Of a stretch of 64,000 nt of DNA, positions 12,424 to 24,191 are shown one piece after another. The notes under the pieces are model-generated. The model was not told the origin of the DNA. It ran no database searches and saw only the letters and a program-made list of their open reading frames with translations. Position numbers and translations under genes: made by a program. Within the stretch, counting starts at the first letter, position 1; each line of letters begins with the position of its first letter. Origin of the DNA: Podarcis tiliguerta. Its lineage: Eukaryota. Location of the stretch: assembly GCA_965153285.1 (NCBI GenBank), contig OZ229113.1. The stretch is one strand, 5' to 3'.

Positions 12424-14981
12424 GTCTTGATAATTTAAATCCTTGTAGGCCCACATTTAACTAGAAGATGCAAAAAATGTTGGCTTACAACATTTAAGTT
12501 GTCTCTATAAAATATGTGTAAAAGGTAGATTCACAGAAAATAGATTAAGCCCATTTTGTTACTATAAGGAGTTCTGATTTATAGAGGATGATGGGATGCC
12601 AGGTTAAGATTTCATAGAGGTTAATATTAATGCTTATTTAGGATCTCTAAAACTGCTTAGCTTTATGATGGAATAGGACATTGTTTCTGTACAATGGTGA
12701 ATTGAAACAAGTACAGTACATTCTGATCCTTCTGTTATGCTCAATATGATCTGAGAAAGATTTTGCTGAAGGCCTGGATGTAAATGTACATATGAATAAA
12801 TAATATGGCTCTTACCTGACACTCCCATCTCTCCTTCTGAAATACAACACTTGTCTGAAGGAATTTCACTATCACTTCTTAAAAAGGGACAGGGCAAGTG
12901 TCAGCTTGTAATATTAAGGTAATATTAGACTACTACAGAAAATCACTTTGATTTTCCCTCCTCTTTGATTGAACTACAAAAAAGTCTTGCCTGGAAAGAG
13001 CAGTGTTGCTAACATTAGCAGTTACCTAAAGCACCCCTGGCACTCAAACAAGGGTAGCTATTCCTGCTACTTTTGCCCTGATGAGCAACTGATTGGCAAA
13101 ACAGAGTTACATTCTGATGACATGTCAGGGCTTTTATTCTTCCTCACTACATTCTTCAAAATAAACAGCATAGCACAGGCGAGTGATCTCCTACAATCCT
13201 TCCTGAAAAGAGAACTGGGCTGATGCTGAAAGGTAATTATAGAGGATGTTAATGTGCCAAGAGTGCTCTGTTGGCTGAAAATAAGAACATTATGACCTTA
13301 AAACAAAAGAAAACCAAGAAAGTTTGTTTACTTTGTGAGAGAGAAGCTTTAAAATTGGTTGGATAAAGTTGCATTTTAAAAATTGAACCATGTTGCTGGC
13401 ATTTTGCTTCCCCCCCCCAAAAAAAAAGCCAGAAAGGACTTTTTTTACTAACTTAAACGATATCATGCTGGATGTTGAATGGGATTCAGTTGGCTTTAAT
13501 CCATATACATCTACTTAAATGGATTATTTGTAAGACTAAAAGAGATGGTAGTGTATTAATTCTGTTTGGGATTCTTCTGATGGGAATTTGCGTGGAGTTC
13601 ATAGGCCTCTCTTAGTGAATGGGTAAGCACACTGTGTATGAAAACAACTCTCGCATCATTTTAAAGCCATATTTTCATATTTCATTTCATTTATTTATTT
13701 CTTTTATTCATTACGTATCATGTTCTCTGGGTTGGTCTCAACACAAATCCTCAGTAATAAATAAAAACCAAAAAGAATCAGTAGCATACCTTGGTCAGTG
13801 TTCAGCTTTAGATAAATCTCACAGATGGTACACTTGATGCAGCACTCCATTTTCTTGTATATGTACTTGCATGTAGAAAGCATTTGCGTGAGAATTGTTG
13901 TTGGCTACATTTACAGTATAGTGCACACTTGGCCAAATGCCTCTGCCTCTCTGATTGGTCAGAATTTCTTGTGTGAAATATTCTAATTAGTAGTATTTCC
14001 CTCTCTCTAAAGTAGGCCTGCTGTGGACCAGCTCAGTTGTTACATCTGAATCCTTAGATATGTGTACATGGCAGATCTGGGAACAGGAATATTCTTACTA
14101 CCATTTTGCAAATGCACTCACTTCCATTAACACACTGCCTTGAACTACCAACTACTGCTGCCACAGCAAATTGCAAGGATTTAGATATTGCAGTGAAAAA
14201 GGGAGATTTGAAAGATCCAAATTTAGGCCTATCTACCTCTCGTCTTGGCCTGTCAGTATCAGCTATTTTAGATATAATAATGTGGCGACAACCAAATGCA
14301 ATATGCTTTCGACATAAACTAGGTATTGAATTTGTATGCTTTTAAATGGCAGTAGAATTTAGTTTATCTACAGATTTACAAGAAAATACACTGTGGCTGG
14401 TTTTTTTTAAGATTTCAACTTTTCATGCTTTTCAGCAAATCAGATTCGGAGTCTAAATTTAGTGGTATTTGCTCAATAGCTTTAAATAACTGTTCTTCTC
14501 ATTTTATCTATTTATCTCTTCCTTTCTGTGACACACACACAATGAAATCAATGGGAGTATTTGTATGAACAGGATGACTTCAGCAAAAGTATATTTCTGG
14601 AAGTTTAATAATTGCTTTCTACCATCCTCTGCTGTTTGGAAATAAATCTTACTTGGAATTCAGATGTTTGTGGCAGAGTCTCTGGGCCTGAACATGAGGG
14701 CTGTAAATTCTGAATTATATGTGCAATGCATCATGTGCTCTAATAACTAGGTCCTTTACCTTAATGGGTGGGGGGGGGAGTTTTGTTAGATCACATCACA
14801 TACAAACCAATTCATTCCTTCCATTCTATAAATAAATTATAAAAAAAGAAAAGCACTTTAATATGACCTCAGCTAAGCAGTGTTAAGATTACCCACTTGA
14901 TACCCACAGATGTGCATAATTTTTGACATGTGTAACTTATTAAAATAATATATTTTCCTCTCAGAAAAGTGCCACGTAAGT

Positions 14982-15084
14982 GGTTAAATCCAGACTTTGT
15001 TGTGTTTAGAGTAGACCCACTGAAATAGTAAGTCCTATTATTTTAACCGGTCTACTCTAAAGCATGACTTTGGATCAAAGCCAA
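14982..15084. mobile_element. Old short palindromic MITE-like element (related copies near 7180-7258 and 53162-53252)
   Basis: Arms TTAGAGTAGACC/GGTCTACTCTAA and outer TGGTTAAATCCA/TGGATCAAAGCCA. Confidence 0.55.
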
Positions 15085-15094
15085 TAACTGGTTA

Positions 15095-15117
15095 ATCATC
15101 ATCATCATCATCATCAT
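15095..15117 (+). repeat. (ATC)n microsatellite
   Basis: atcatcatcatcatcatcatcat. Confidence 0.9.
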
Positions 15118-16814
15118 ACAGCGGCAACTGATAAGGCCTTCAAAAGGTCCCAGAATTCAACAATGACGTCTGCACTTTTGTCAGCATCCTACAGTACGTT
15201 GGGGAGTGATATATGTGATGAGCTGGAGGAAGCAGATGGATGATTCACTTCTTGTACATTGCATATGTACTCCACTTTCAGTTGTCAAGATGGCAGCCAG
15301 AGCTGTGGTTTATCTAGGCTCTGCAGCTTGTTTTTATTTTATTTTTTTGCTTTTTTAATGTAGTGTTTATGTTTTTAAATGCTGTCACCACCCCAGTACT
15401 TTATTCAGTGATTCTAAGGTGTGCTCAAGCATTTTCATAGTTTTTGTACTTCAAGGCTTCATGCATTTTAGGTTTTACTCTAATCTATCATGGTTGCTAC
15501 ATCAGCATGGGAGATGTCATCAGAGCTCTCTGCATCTGGAGTGCAACTGAACGAGTCTCCCATAACAAGTAGTAGGATTCTGAAAACTGCCTTCATTATT
15601 GTCACCATAGTTTTGTAAGTACATTGAACTCCATCGCTCCTTGAGGTTTTTTAGTTAATTATCAGTTGAGGAAAAACTCTTTCCCCCAAACGCTGGTTAT
15701 TCTGGCTGACAACTCAGGATTATACAACATATAAGAACAACTATATGATGTTGAAATTCACACTACAGGGGCACTTGTAATAGAATGGCATTCCAATAAG
15801 CTATATAAAAATAATAATATTCTTCCAAGAAAGTACCCCATATCTATCCTTACTTGTTCACATGAGCTGAGGTGGTGGTTGACTAAATGTAGCCTGAATT
15901 TCTTTGCAGTTGATGGAGGTGAAGGAGTGCTATGGGGTTCAACTTGGTGAGAATAGATACTTTCCACCTGGTTGCCACAAGAAAAGGGATATGGTACACT
16001 TTATAAGGAAATGTTGTCTGTATTCAGATCTGAGGAGCTCTAATGGTACACATTTTTTATTGGCCATACAATTACTTTATGTCACACAGAACTACCAAAT
16101 TTGTTAAAGAGGCCATGAAGATGCAAAAACCATTGATAGGCTCTGGAGACTATGTGTGTTAATGCATTCTGTTCTGATTTTGCAAGGGAAAGTTTCTATT
16201 CAATTTATTATGACAATGAACTGTGTAGGCATGTGTTTTGTTGTTCCTTTATTGAACTTGGGCTACGTAGTGTAACTGCTTGGGACGTGATACTTATATG
16301 TTGTAACGTTTTTCCCAATTAGTCCCTTGCTAGGCACAACTACAAATTAAGTTTGTACAGTGCTTCCTTTGTTCTAAATAGTATATTGAGTCGCTTGTCA
16401 CAATCCTCATTATATCTTCTCCACTGTTGATCATGCAAGTGTTTGAAAAACTTTTACTCCTTTATTCAAGAGCATGGAATCAACTTCTGTGAAATACTAA
16501 CAGTGTATTTAGTCTTGCTACATTCAGACTGTACCACATAGTGTCCCTTTCTCTCAGTGTTCCTCCAGCTTTAATTCCATATACATCTTCATTGCTGTTG
16601 TCTGAAAACAAATCTCTTTGAAGAGCTCTAAACAAAATGTTACACAATTCAATCAGAGTAATATGTATCTTATCGCAAGGGAAATAGCAAGGGAAATAAC
16701 AAGTTTACATAACTAGTAAAAACAAATATTTCTTATAAATAATTCTGCACAACTGGTAGCTATCTTTATGCAAACATTCTCCCCTTCAATTAATGATTCT
16801 GCAGCAAGGGAAAA

Positions 16815-17173
16815 GGGACGCGGGTGGCACTGTGGGCAAAACCTCAGCGCCTAGGACTTGCTGATCACATGGCCAGCGGTTCGAATCCCCGTGGCGGGGT
16901 GCACTCCCGTCGTTCGGTCCCAGCGCCCGCCAACCTAGCAGTTCGAAAGCACCCCCGGGTGCAAGTAGATAAATAGGGACCGCTTACCAGCGGGAAGGTA
17001 AACGGTGTTTCCGTGTGCTGCACTGGTTCGCCAGATGCAGCTTGTCATGCTGGCCACGTGACCTGGAAGTGTCTGCGGACAGTGCAGGCTCCCGGCCTCT
17101 AGAGTGAGATGAGCACACAACCCTAGAGTCTGTCAAGACTGGCCCATACGGGCAGGGGTACCTTTACCTTTTT
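16815..17173 (+). mobile_element. Full-length Sauria SINE
   Basis: Head GGGACGCGGGTGGCACTGTGGG, box B GGTTCGAATCCC, tail GGGGTACCTTTACCTTT; approximate TSD agcaaggg at 16803 and 17174. Confidence 0.93.
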
Positions 17174-17643
17174 AGCAAGGGGAAGTAATCAATTTTGCAA
17201 TGGAAAAAAATTCTTTGATTTTGAAAACTTGCACTGTTGGTTATTTTTACATTTGTAAAAACAAGACAGATGCGATGCACATACCTATAGCCTCTTGTTT
17301 TAAATACAAACAATTTCTGAATTCCCATCCCCATGTGCTATGGGATATGGGCCAGGTTCCCAACATAAATGAATATATTGTTACAGATATGAGGTAACAG
17401 AGTTTAGGGGTGCAAACGCACTCATAATTGCTAGAGTTAGTGAATGTTAGAAAATAATATATGGTAGAATTTAGATAATATTTGGAGTAATGAAGGGAAG
17501 ATGCAAGGCAAATAAAAAATACAGGCTGAACCAGTTTTCCTGTTCAGGAGATTGCTGATAGTGTCACCATTAAGAAGAGAAGGAAAAACTAAGTACCGGA
17601 AGAACAATTGACCATGCAGATGCTGTCTTCCCCACCAGCTGTG

Positions 17644-18056
17644 TGTTAGTTAGCTGAAGACAATAGCAGAGTTCAGATGGGGAGGTTGCCTGGGTAATAA
17701 GGGTATGTAGTGTTCTTTTGAAATTTAGAGGTTAAGAAAGAAGGGAGAGGACTTAATGAGCTGCTGTGAAGGCCAGAACCATCTTGGCATGATGGGACAG
17801 AGGCACAAAGATGGTGTTCAGGATGCCTTGGATTTCAATGCTGCACTGTTGTGGGAAACAAGCCCTTTGTGAGATGTAATGCTCTGAACTGTCTCCAAAG
17901 TACACCCAGGTGTAAATACAGTATGTATACAATAAGCCATGTTTATTAAGGATACTAGTTTCCTCTGTGTTGCCCATGGAAACACATCCCAGGTTAGCTC
18001 CTGGAACTCCTGGATTCATGCTACTGTTCGGCAGAGATTGGGGGTGGCGCACAACT
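17644..18056 (+). mobile_element. Probable solo LTR (~410 bp)
   Basis: Starts TGTTAG and ends GGGGTGGCGCACAAC (terminal inverted TGTT/AAC); internal polyA-like CAATAAG in a U3-R-U5-like layout; no clear TSD. Confidence 0.4.
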
Positions 18057-21054
18057 TCTGTAGCAATATAAACTTTTTAAAACAACCTTACAAAACACAC
18101 TTCAGGGCACTGATTGATTACCAGTAAAGGCAAATATGACTTGGGCTGTACATATGTCAGAGCTCATCTTCGTTTCTCAATCCCACTGTACCCTACAACT
18201 TGATCTTGTGGTTGTTTTTCTTGAACAGATGATGTACGTAGAGACATGCCATTCTGTAGCGTAATTATGGACATAGTCCTAGGGAAATGGGATAGATCTG
18301 TTCACTTTTGTAATGACAGCCTGTTTACCCCAAATAATGACAATTGCCATTCACACAGCTTGATATTATGCTTCATACCTTTTTGTGGGTGCAAAACAGG
18401 AACCTGGAGGAAGTCCTTTGCATGCTGATTCAAGTTATGCTGAAATCCATCCTCCAGTTTCTCAAAGGTTTTCAATTTTTCTCCCTCATTCTTGAGGTGC
18501 TTTCAGATCTGAAAGCTTGCTTTATTATGAGATGGCCATGGGTAATGTGTGTGCATTTTAATTTCCATTCAATAGTTCTCTAGCCCTCTACAGATTCTCT
18601 GCTTGTGATTCCTGATCTGGATAACGTCCATGGAAAGGAGCTTTAATTGAAGAATAGAAAGCCAGATGTTACAAAGCACATGAGACGGTTCAATTGTTGA
18701 CATTGTTGACATTATTTTTAAGGGGAAATCTTTCAGGGTTTTTTTTTTTTCCTTTTTTAAATCCGACCACTTAAAAATGAACAGCTGTTGTATGCACCGG
18801 AAGCACCCTACTCCCAACTTGCTATGCTTTTAGAAGAGTTCAGCTGAAGAGGTCATGGGGTTTTCAGGATGCTCACAAAAGCCCTTGGCCACTTGGAAAA
18901 TAAGCACAGCAAAACTCTGCACCTCACCTGTGAGAACTTCTCCATTTTGATCATTTTATGATGCAGATTCTTTTCTCTTTAATTGATGGAGATTGACTGG
19001 GAGGGGGGAATTCAAGAGACATTTTAGCATGGCACTAATGCTGATACTAAGCTTTGTGCTGTGCAGGGCTCTGGTGCTGACATCAGGCCCTTGTTCTAAC
19101 ATGAAGAAACAAGTTGTGCCTTTGCAGCTACACTAGGATCCTCATGCCTGTTCCTGAGTGCAGCTGCATAGAATCTGGGCTTTAATAATGAACAAGAGCA
19201 TCATTCTTATGTTACCATTTGTGTACCAAATTTAAAATCAATGGCAAGCAGTAGCTGCTTCAAATATATGATGCTCTCTGCTAGGAAATCTCACTGGAGC
19301 TCTAGCATGGTCATATTACATTTAATTACTGGATATAGTTTTTTTACAATAAGGTGCTTGGGAATTACGTTCATTAACCTAGAACCTTCCTGCTCTCATC
19401 TGCACTATAGATTAAAATCTTTTTTATTGGGGAATGCTGTAGTGAAGCAGGGTGAAGTATGGACATCTAACAGAATTCTAGCACTTCACAAAATTTACAT
19501 TGCTCGTATTTTGTCAGGGGAGCCATGTTAGTTAAAGTAGTATAAGACCAATAAAAACTAGATAAGTATTCTTTTTAAATAATCAGAGCAGGATTCAATG
19601 GCCTTTTGGCATACTGCAGAAGAATAATGACAAGTAAGCACATGATCATAAACCTACACTTTTTTGACATGTGAAGTTCTCATTTTTCTAAGAAATCTTT
19701 AACAACAACCGTATTATCAGACCAGCTATGAATGTTTACCCATAAACTTTTCATTACATCTGAAGTCTAGGGGTTTTTATTTTCCCTTTGGTTGATGTTA
19801 TGTAGATACTGATAACAGTTTGACAACTATGATAATAATGAATACTTAAGATCTAAGGGAGTCAAGAGATTAAAATAAAACTCTTTGCAGCATAAATGGG
19901 ATTGCCATCTAAAATTGGACTGAGTCTTTAATTTCACCCACTTCAGGCAATACCTAAGTTTATTTCCATGCCAATCTGAATTCATTTCCTAGCTAAATAC
20001 CACACACCCATGATCTCCCCACACCCGAATACCCTTCTCGGATATTCCATCCTGCTTATCTCATTGTTGTTGCTGGAGAAAAGGAAGAGAGGGATGAATA
20101 TTCACACTTTTTCTGGTAGACGAGTAGGCACTTGGGTATAGTTACATTCTACACCAACTTTTAGAACGAGAGTATAAATTATCTTGATGGCATTATAATG
20201 ATAGAACACTGAAAAGTTCAGACACCTTTTTTTTTTTTTTAAACCACCACTCCTGCAGCAGCTGTTTTGTGGTTGTGAGACTTCTGGCATTGTTTGGCCA
20301 TGTTACTCTGTTGCTCTGGAATGTTCAGTTCAATAAACTAAGCAATTTGAAGTACATATGGAGTGAAGGAAGAGTAACTTATTAGTTTGCTTGGGATGAA
20401 AACTTCACAGTGTACACTAGGAAATGGTCCTGGTATTCACTGAAGCTTCAGGACAGGGAACCTAGTAAATTCAATGAAGCCAAAGGCAACAAACGGAGAA
20501 ATATGAATTTGAAGAAAGAGTAGATGGAGAATTCAAGTAGGGGCAGTCATGGGTTAGCTTTGAATAAATTTTGCAGGAGAGAGGAGTGATCAGGAAGCTG
20601 GCTAGGAGGGCTGGGACTGCACCCTTGGATAAAGAAAAACATAAGGAACTGATCAGAAAGATGTTCTCTTCCTCCCCCCACCCCTCAAGCCACCCATGTA
20701 CCTTGGTAATACTTTATGGACAGCCAGAGCATCTGCTGAACATTGTGGGATAAGGAAGGGGGGAATTGCCTTGATCCTAGAATAATATCAGGACGTTTAT
20801 GGAAAAAAGGTTTCAGAAGAGTCCCATGATCCCCAGAGAAGCTACAGGAAATGGTAAGCTTTCCTTCCTTGAATTTCCTTATCTCAGGATTCAAGCCATA
20901 GTGACCAAACAAAGTGGGCCAAAGTAGGTTGTGGGTTAAAAGCAGAAACCAAGGCAACATCAGGCACTGGAGCAGGCACATAGTTGAATAAAACAGAAAC
21001 CAACAAAAGGAACTTACTCAGAACAAGAGATCATGTGAATAGCAGTGATTGGTT

Positions 21055-21180
21055 AGCAGCATCTCTGCAGATGTTGTTTGATTACAGCTCCCATCATCCC
21101 TGATCATTGGCCATGCTGACAGGGGTTGATGAGAGTTGGCGTCCAGCAACAGCTGGAGGGCCACAGGTTCACCACCCCGA
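21055..21180. mobile_element. Degenerate hAT-type MITE of the same core family
   Basis: CAGATGTTG...TACAGCTCCCATCATCCCTG...GATGAGAGTTG...CAACAGCTGGAGGGCCACAGGTT. Confidence 0.65.
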
Positions 21181-21323
21181 GTCAGGAGCCTAAAAGAGCT
21201 TCTACTGTCACTAATATATTGTGACCAGACAACCCTTAGGAAGCAACCTGTGACAAGAAGCAGTAGCTAATGTTGGTGAGCAGTGGTAGTTACATCATTT
21301 TAGACTGTGGTTTTACTCATCCT

Positions 21324-21472
21324 GGGACGTGGGTGGCACTGTGGGTTAAAGCCTCAGCGCCTAGGGCTTGCCGATCAAGAGGTCGGCAGTTCAAATCCCC
21401 GCGGCGGGGTGCGCTCCCGTTGTTCGGTCCCAGCGCCTGCCAACCTAGCAGTTCGAAAGCACTCCCGGGTGC
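21324..21472 (+). mobile_element. 3'-truncated Sauria SINE with perfect 12-bp TSD
   Basis: Sauria head through GTTCGAAAGCACTCCCGGGTGC; TSD TTTACTCATCCT at 21312-21323 and 21473-21484. Confidence 0.9.
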
Positions 21473-21529
21473 TTTACTCATCCTATGGGGCCCTCTCTGT
21501 AAATGGCAATGTGTGTTAACTTTACTATT

Positions 21530-21930
21530 TTTGGCATCTGTCTGCCTCAAGAGTGCACTTCCAGAGCTGAAGTCAAACCACAGTGCCTCCTGTGGCTGCA
21601 GAGACCAGTAACTCATATCTGCTGCTTCCTGTGTTGTTTTTGCTGAGTTGGCATCAGGAAAGTAATCACTCTGGGATGCAAGCCTGGGCAATGTGTATGG
21701 AAGTTGTGGGCTGCTCAGATAAGAAGACCTCCTCTTGACCTCACTGATGTGGCCCAAAGGAAAGCAGAGCAATGTATTTGGCACCAGTTTGGCTGCAGGA
21801 GTTGCCAGACAGAGATGTACAAGGTGCCATCTAACTACTTTAGGAGCTTCATTCCAGATTTGTGTAGGATTTACTCCTTAGCCATTTGTTCTCCTGAATG
21901 TCCCATGAGAAGTGGGTATTACTTTACTAT
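21530..21930 (-). mobile_element. Internally deleted RTE-clade LINE derivative (3' tip joined to probable 5' UTR-type sequence)
   Basis: 21581-21608 reverse-translates to GLCSHRRHC (RTE C-terminal motif, matches the element at 41613) with a tail GAGGCAGACAGATGCCAA; the remainder is non-coding repeat-like sequence. Confidence 0.55.
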
Positions 21931-23899
21931 TTTGCAGTGTTTAGAGACTCTTTGCATTCTGAACCTCTGCCCCCAAAGTCCTGCCCTGACAGTACCACTG
22001 CTTCTGCAGCTGAATGCCTCATTTTGATTTGAATGAAACATTCAACACTTTGGCTATAGGCTCCTAGTTATTGCTGTTTGTATTAAATTATAATAACAGT
22101 GGTCCTAATCTCTGTATATGTGAGATAACACGAGAACAGGTCTGTAAGTACTAAAAACAGATATGCTGTTCTTATTTATGGAAATAACTGTTATTCACAA
22201 TCTGTGATTCACACTCTGAATGTATTGATTCCAAGGATATAGCATTTTAGATAACAGGGAACTTATACATATCATGTGAGTTTGGTGGCTTAGTTTCTGG
22301 TTTTATATTACAACTTCAAACTGTTTCAGAATGTTCAATATTCAAATCATGTTGCTAGTCATTGAAGCATTGGGGCTGGGTGATTGGATATTAAATGGCT
22401 TTGTGCCATTTATGGCAGTTCTGGGCTCTGATTCCAACAACTGCTAAGCGCTTGGATGGGTCTTCCCATAGATTTGCATTTGATTTCTGTAGCTATTTTT
22501 GCTCATAAATTCTGTGTACTTACAGGGTTATGATGTAATGCTTTTCCTTTTTAAAAAAGACTGGTACTTTTACAGGAGTATTTATTTTAAGATGTGTCGG
22601 TACAGCCCAATTTTAACATATCTAGCTCTATCCTAACTATGTTACTGCTATAAAAAAATGGAATCTTTCTGAATATATATTTTATTTGATATGATTGAAT
22701 TTAATTGTAGATTTAGTTTTTTTACTCCTGCTTTTTGGCATATATGCACATTTTATTTTATTTTAATCACATATTATCATGTTCCAGTGTTGCTTGAACT
22801 ATGCCTTTACATTGATAATTGTATGTGACTATGAGAAAGAGGCATGGGTTTGATAAATAAATCTGAGCTGAATTCAATTAATGAAGATGGTGGTTATTAA
22901 GAATTTGTGTGTAGAAAAGCATTAATATAATGTATGCCTACCTATTACTAAACATGTGGGTCAGTATCAGTTGGCCTTTATTTAAAATCAGCATTGTCTA
23001 GAGTGATGCACATAAGAATTCTAAGAGTTAATTACTCTTTCAGGACCCATTGGTCATAGCACTGGAACATCTGTGCTACATACCGCTATGCAAACATGCT
23101 GATTCATGCAGCTACAGTATGTCTATTACTAATAGAATTAGAAGCTGGAGAAGCTGATGCTGCATAATAAAGTTTGAAACCTAACGCGTAAATCTTTGAT
23201 ATGAAAATCAGTGGCACGTGAAAGAAAGAAATGTAAGGGGAGTTCAAGGCAATGCAATTGACCCCAAGCTTCACAGAGAATAAGAATTGTATTGTAAATG
23301 TCTGGATCTGAAAGATGAAGGTTTACTGAAAACAACAAGTTGGATTGGTACTGTAGAAAGTTCTTAAGTTCTAATGTGCTGTAGGTATAGTTCCCTTAGA
23401 CTTTAATCTTTTTATATCATTCTTGCTTGTATATCTTTTATTTATACGCTAATTGCAACAGCAGCAGCAACAAAATATGGGCGGCTATGTTTATCTATTA
23501 CAGCACTAACCTATAACCGCCTGCACTTCCCAGGCCATGCCCTCGCCACAACCTCATTGAGTGCTTTTCTTCATCAGGAATATGCTCTTCTGCAATAATG
23601 TCTCTTGCTTTTCTGCATGGAGAGTTGTGCATGAGTGTTACTTTGTAGAACCTCATACTTTCACGTGACTTGTATAATGTAGCCTACTGTACAAAGCTAA
23701 GAGGCACATCTATTGCCTCTGAGCATTCCCAGAATTGACATGTCCCCCCCCCCTCAGCAATGGATACCAACAAGGGAATGTGGCCCTTGGGCAATGCTTT
23801 ATGAAATACTTTTCCATTCATACATGTTAGAACATAGAAACTTCCCTCCTTTTAAACACAAGAGGAGTTGTCCATAAGACCACATGTGGAACTGTGGGT

Positions 23900-24100
23900 C
23901 CCTTGTAGTATATCAGAAAGGATATCACAGAGCTGGAAAGGGGGAAGAAAGGGACAACCAAAATGATGAAGGAGTTGAAGCAAGTCCCAAATGAGGAAAC
24001 ATTTCATAATCTGGAGTGTTACAGTTTAGGTGATTAGGGCAGGGCATTGATAAATTGATACATGGAGGGAAATCTCCCCCTCTTTTAATACTAGAACCTG
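23900..24100 (+). mobile_element. CR1 LINE ORF2 C-terminal fragment, decayed
   Basis: KDITELERGKKGTTKMMKELKQVPNEETFHNLECYSL resembles CR1 KDIxxLERVQRRATKMIxGLExxxYEERLxxLGLFSL. Confidence 0.75.
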
Positions 24101-24191
24101 GGCAGTTTTACAGCCAGCTGCACCTGGAGAAGCTGGGGATTGAACCTGGGACCTTCTGCTTGCACGACAGGTGCTATTTTACCAAGCTGTA
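24101..24191 (-). mobile_element. tRNA-like head of a Squam2-like SINE
   Basis: GGGGATTGAACCTGGGACCTTCTGC is the reverse complement of a box B region. Confidence 0.65.
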
